From assembly GCA_000004695.1 (NCBI GenBank), contig CM000152.2, positions 3,168,001 to 3,232,000 on the forward strand: a DNA stretch of 64,000 nt. Reading direction: 5' to 3'. The notes beneath the pieces were generated by a model that made no database searches, had not been told where the DNA came from, and worked only from the letters and a program-made list of their open reading frames with translations. Below, piece after piece: positions 62,743 through 64,000 of this stretch (position 1 is its first letter; the number at the start of each line of letters is the position of its first letter). The stretch comes from Dictyostelium discoideum. Its lineage: Eukaryota. The position numbers and the translations under genes were made by a program.

Positions 62743-64000
62743 TTAAAACTTCTTTTGAGATTCTTCATAGAAATCAGTTTGATATTTAACTAATTTTTTA
62801 AATCTTGAACCTTCAGTTTTAATGAGATTCATTGGAGTGTCATATTCCACTAATTCACCTTTATCGATTACAGCTATTTTAGTACTATCTATAATAGTAT
62901 CAAGTCTATGAGCTATTGTTAACATTGTACAATCATTAAAGTTCTCGTCGATAGTTTGTTTTAATAATGCAGCAGTAACATAATCAATACCAGAGGTAGC
63001 TTCATCCATTAGGACCACTTTAGAATTCTTTAAAATTGTTCTTGAGAGACATAATAATTGTTTTTGACCAAATGATAAACCATCACCATTCTCTTGGACT
63101 CCAGATTCCAATTTCAAAGGCATTGAAGAGATTGCATCCTTTAATTTAACTTTTTCAAGGGCTGTCCAAATTTCATCATCAGTATACTTATTGAATGGAT
63201 CAATATTCATACGAATACTACCAGAGAAAATGAATGGATCTTGTGGTACGATACCTAAAGCATCTCTAAGTTCATGTAAACCAACTTTTGAAATATCAAC
63301 ACCATCAATGAAAATTGAACCTTTTGAACATTCAACCATACGGAATAAACTAATACCAACTGTACTTTTACCTGCACCAGTACGGCCAACCACACCAATA
63401 TGATCTTTTGCATTGATTTTGAATGAAATATTCTTTAAACTTGGATCTGCGGTTGGACGATATTTAATTTCGACATTCTTAAATTCAACCTCACCCCTTG
63501 ATGGCCATTTTGTAAAGTCCATTTCAATTTCACCATCTATATCGATTTCATCCTCGAATTCTGAAGTATGTCTAATACCTTCTCTTGGGGTTTTAATATA
63601 ACTTTCAACTCTTTCAACTGAATTCATCTTTACCTCCAACTCTGTCATTTGTCTAATAGTCCAATTTAAGTAGGAACAAATTCCCAATGCAGTAGTTACA
63701 GCCAATACAGAGAAACCAGTATTTGAACTAAATAATGAAGAGAATGCAGTGAAAAACACAATTAGAGCTGTAATGAATTCCAAACGAATTCCAACCCATC
63801 TATGAACTGAAAAACTGTAAAAGAATAAACGTAAATTTATATTGATATGATTTTGCATCATTTCAATGAATCTCTTTTGTTGTTGATAACATCTTATTGT
63901 AACCAAACCATTATATGCCTCTGCCAATAATGAAAATACTGGACTTCTTGTAATACTTTCCATTCTCTTTAATTCAACCGATGAAGCACGATAAAGTTTT
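62743..64000 (-). CDS. ABCC-family (MRP-like) ABC transporter, C-terminal part covering the end of TMD2 and NBD2. The 5' part lies beyond the window end.
   Basis: The frame is open to nt 64000 (...KLYRASSVELKRMESITRSPVFSLLAEAYNG). NBD2 has Walker A GRTGAGKST, the signature LSFGQKQLLCLSR, Walker B VVLMDEATSGID and the H-loop TIAHRL. Confidence 0.85.
   Translation of the reverse strand, partial: KLYRASSVELKRMESITRSPVFSLLAEAYNGLVTIRCYQQQKRFIEMMQNHININLRLFFYSFSVHRWVGIRLEFITALIVFFTAFSSLFSSNTGFSVLAVTTALGICSYLNWTIRQMTELEVKMNSVERVESYIKTPREGIRHTSEFEDEIDIDGEIEMDFTKWPSRGEVEFKNVEIKYRPTADPSLKNISFKINAKDHIGVVGRTGAGKSTVGISLFRMVECSKGSIFIDGVDISKVGLHELRDALGIVPQDPFIFSGSIRMNIDPFNKYTDDEIWTALEKVKLKDAISSMPLKLESGVQENGDGLSFGQKQLLCLSRTILKNSKVVLMDEATSGIDYVTAALLKQTIDENFNDCTMLTIAHRLDTIIDSTKIAVIDKGELVEYDTPMNLIKTEGSRFKKLVKYQTDFYEESQKKF

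Noticed and set aside
63191-63601. Two plus-strand ORFs inside the ABCC gene
   Set aside because: Antisense to the conserved NBD2.

Overview
The window reads as nuclear genomic DNA of a dictyostelid social amoeba, almost certainly Dictyostelium discoideum. The evidence is about 75-80% A+T overall, near-pure A/T intergenic and intronic sequence with long homopolymer runs, coding islands rich in AAT/CAA (poly-Asn/Gln) codons, short introns with GTAAGT/GTATGT/GTAGGT donors and AT-rich ...AG acceptors, and a gene set that includes the classic Dictyostelium thyA/Thy1 (ThyX) gene. It is a gene-dense chromosomal arm segment, not a prokaryotic island, so no CRISPR arrays, operons or rRNA are expected and none were seen. 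I did not find a convincing tRNA.

I resolved about 30 protein-coding genes on both strands, most with 1-3 short introns that the supplied ORF track does not capture. Several ORF-track entries begin at TTG rather than ATG and are exon fragments. By position the genes are: TBC/RabGAP (5' partial), cytosolic malate dehydrogenase, CMSS1-like RGG-box protein, thyA (flavin-dependent thymidylate synthase), RNA lariat debranching enzyme, TBL1-like LisH/WD40 protein, GH16 beta-glucanase, GNAT acetyltransferase, allantoicase, Rh-type ammonium transporter, a low-complexity hypothetical, a secreted C39-like papain-fold peptidase, three tandem copies of a secreted Cys-knot + CBM2/CBM49-like protein, BPI-fold protein, Integrator subunit 8, a small 3-exon conserved gene, GNL2/Nog2 GTPase, FolD-type methylene-THF dehydrogenase/cyclohydrolase, Coq1 polyprenyl synthase, a mucin-like (TPTSTPNITV)n protein, an MRH-domain protein, a hypothetical gene with an internal palindrome, a short-tailed class I myosin, a beta-lactamase-family serine hydrolase, and an ABCC transporter (partial).

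Non-genic highlights:
- A 1.16-kb non-autonomous element with 24-bp terminal inverted repeats starting CCCT and flanked by TTAA (piggyBac-like).
- A roughly 1.9-2.0-kb tandem triplicated gene unit carrying conserved orphan mini-exons.
- Long perfect hairpins.
- A roughly 3-kb gene-free A/T desert with a few GC islands.
- Abundant microsatellites: (AAT)n, (ATT)n, (TTA)35, (AAAAT)13, and 30-bp and 24-bp coding minisatellites.

All protein identities are from my reading of the translations against remembered family motifs. No database search was run.
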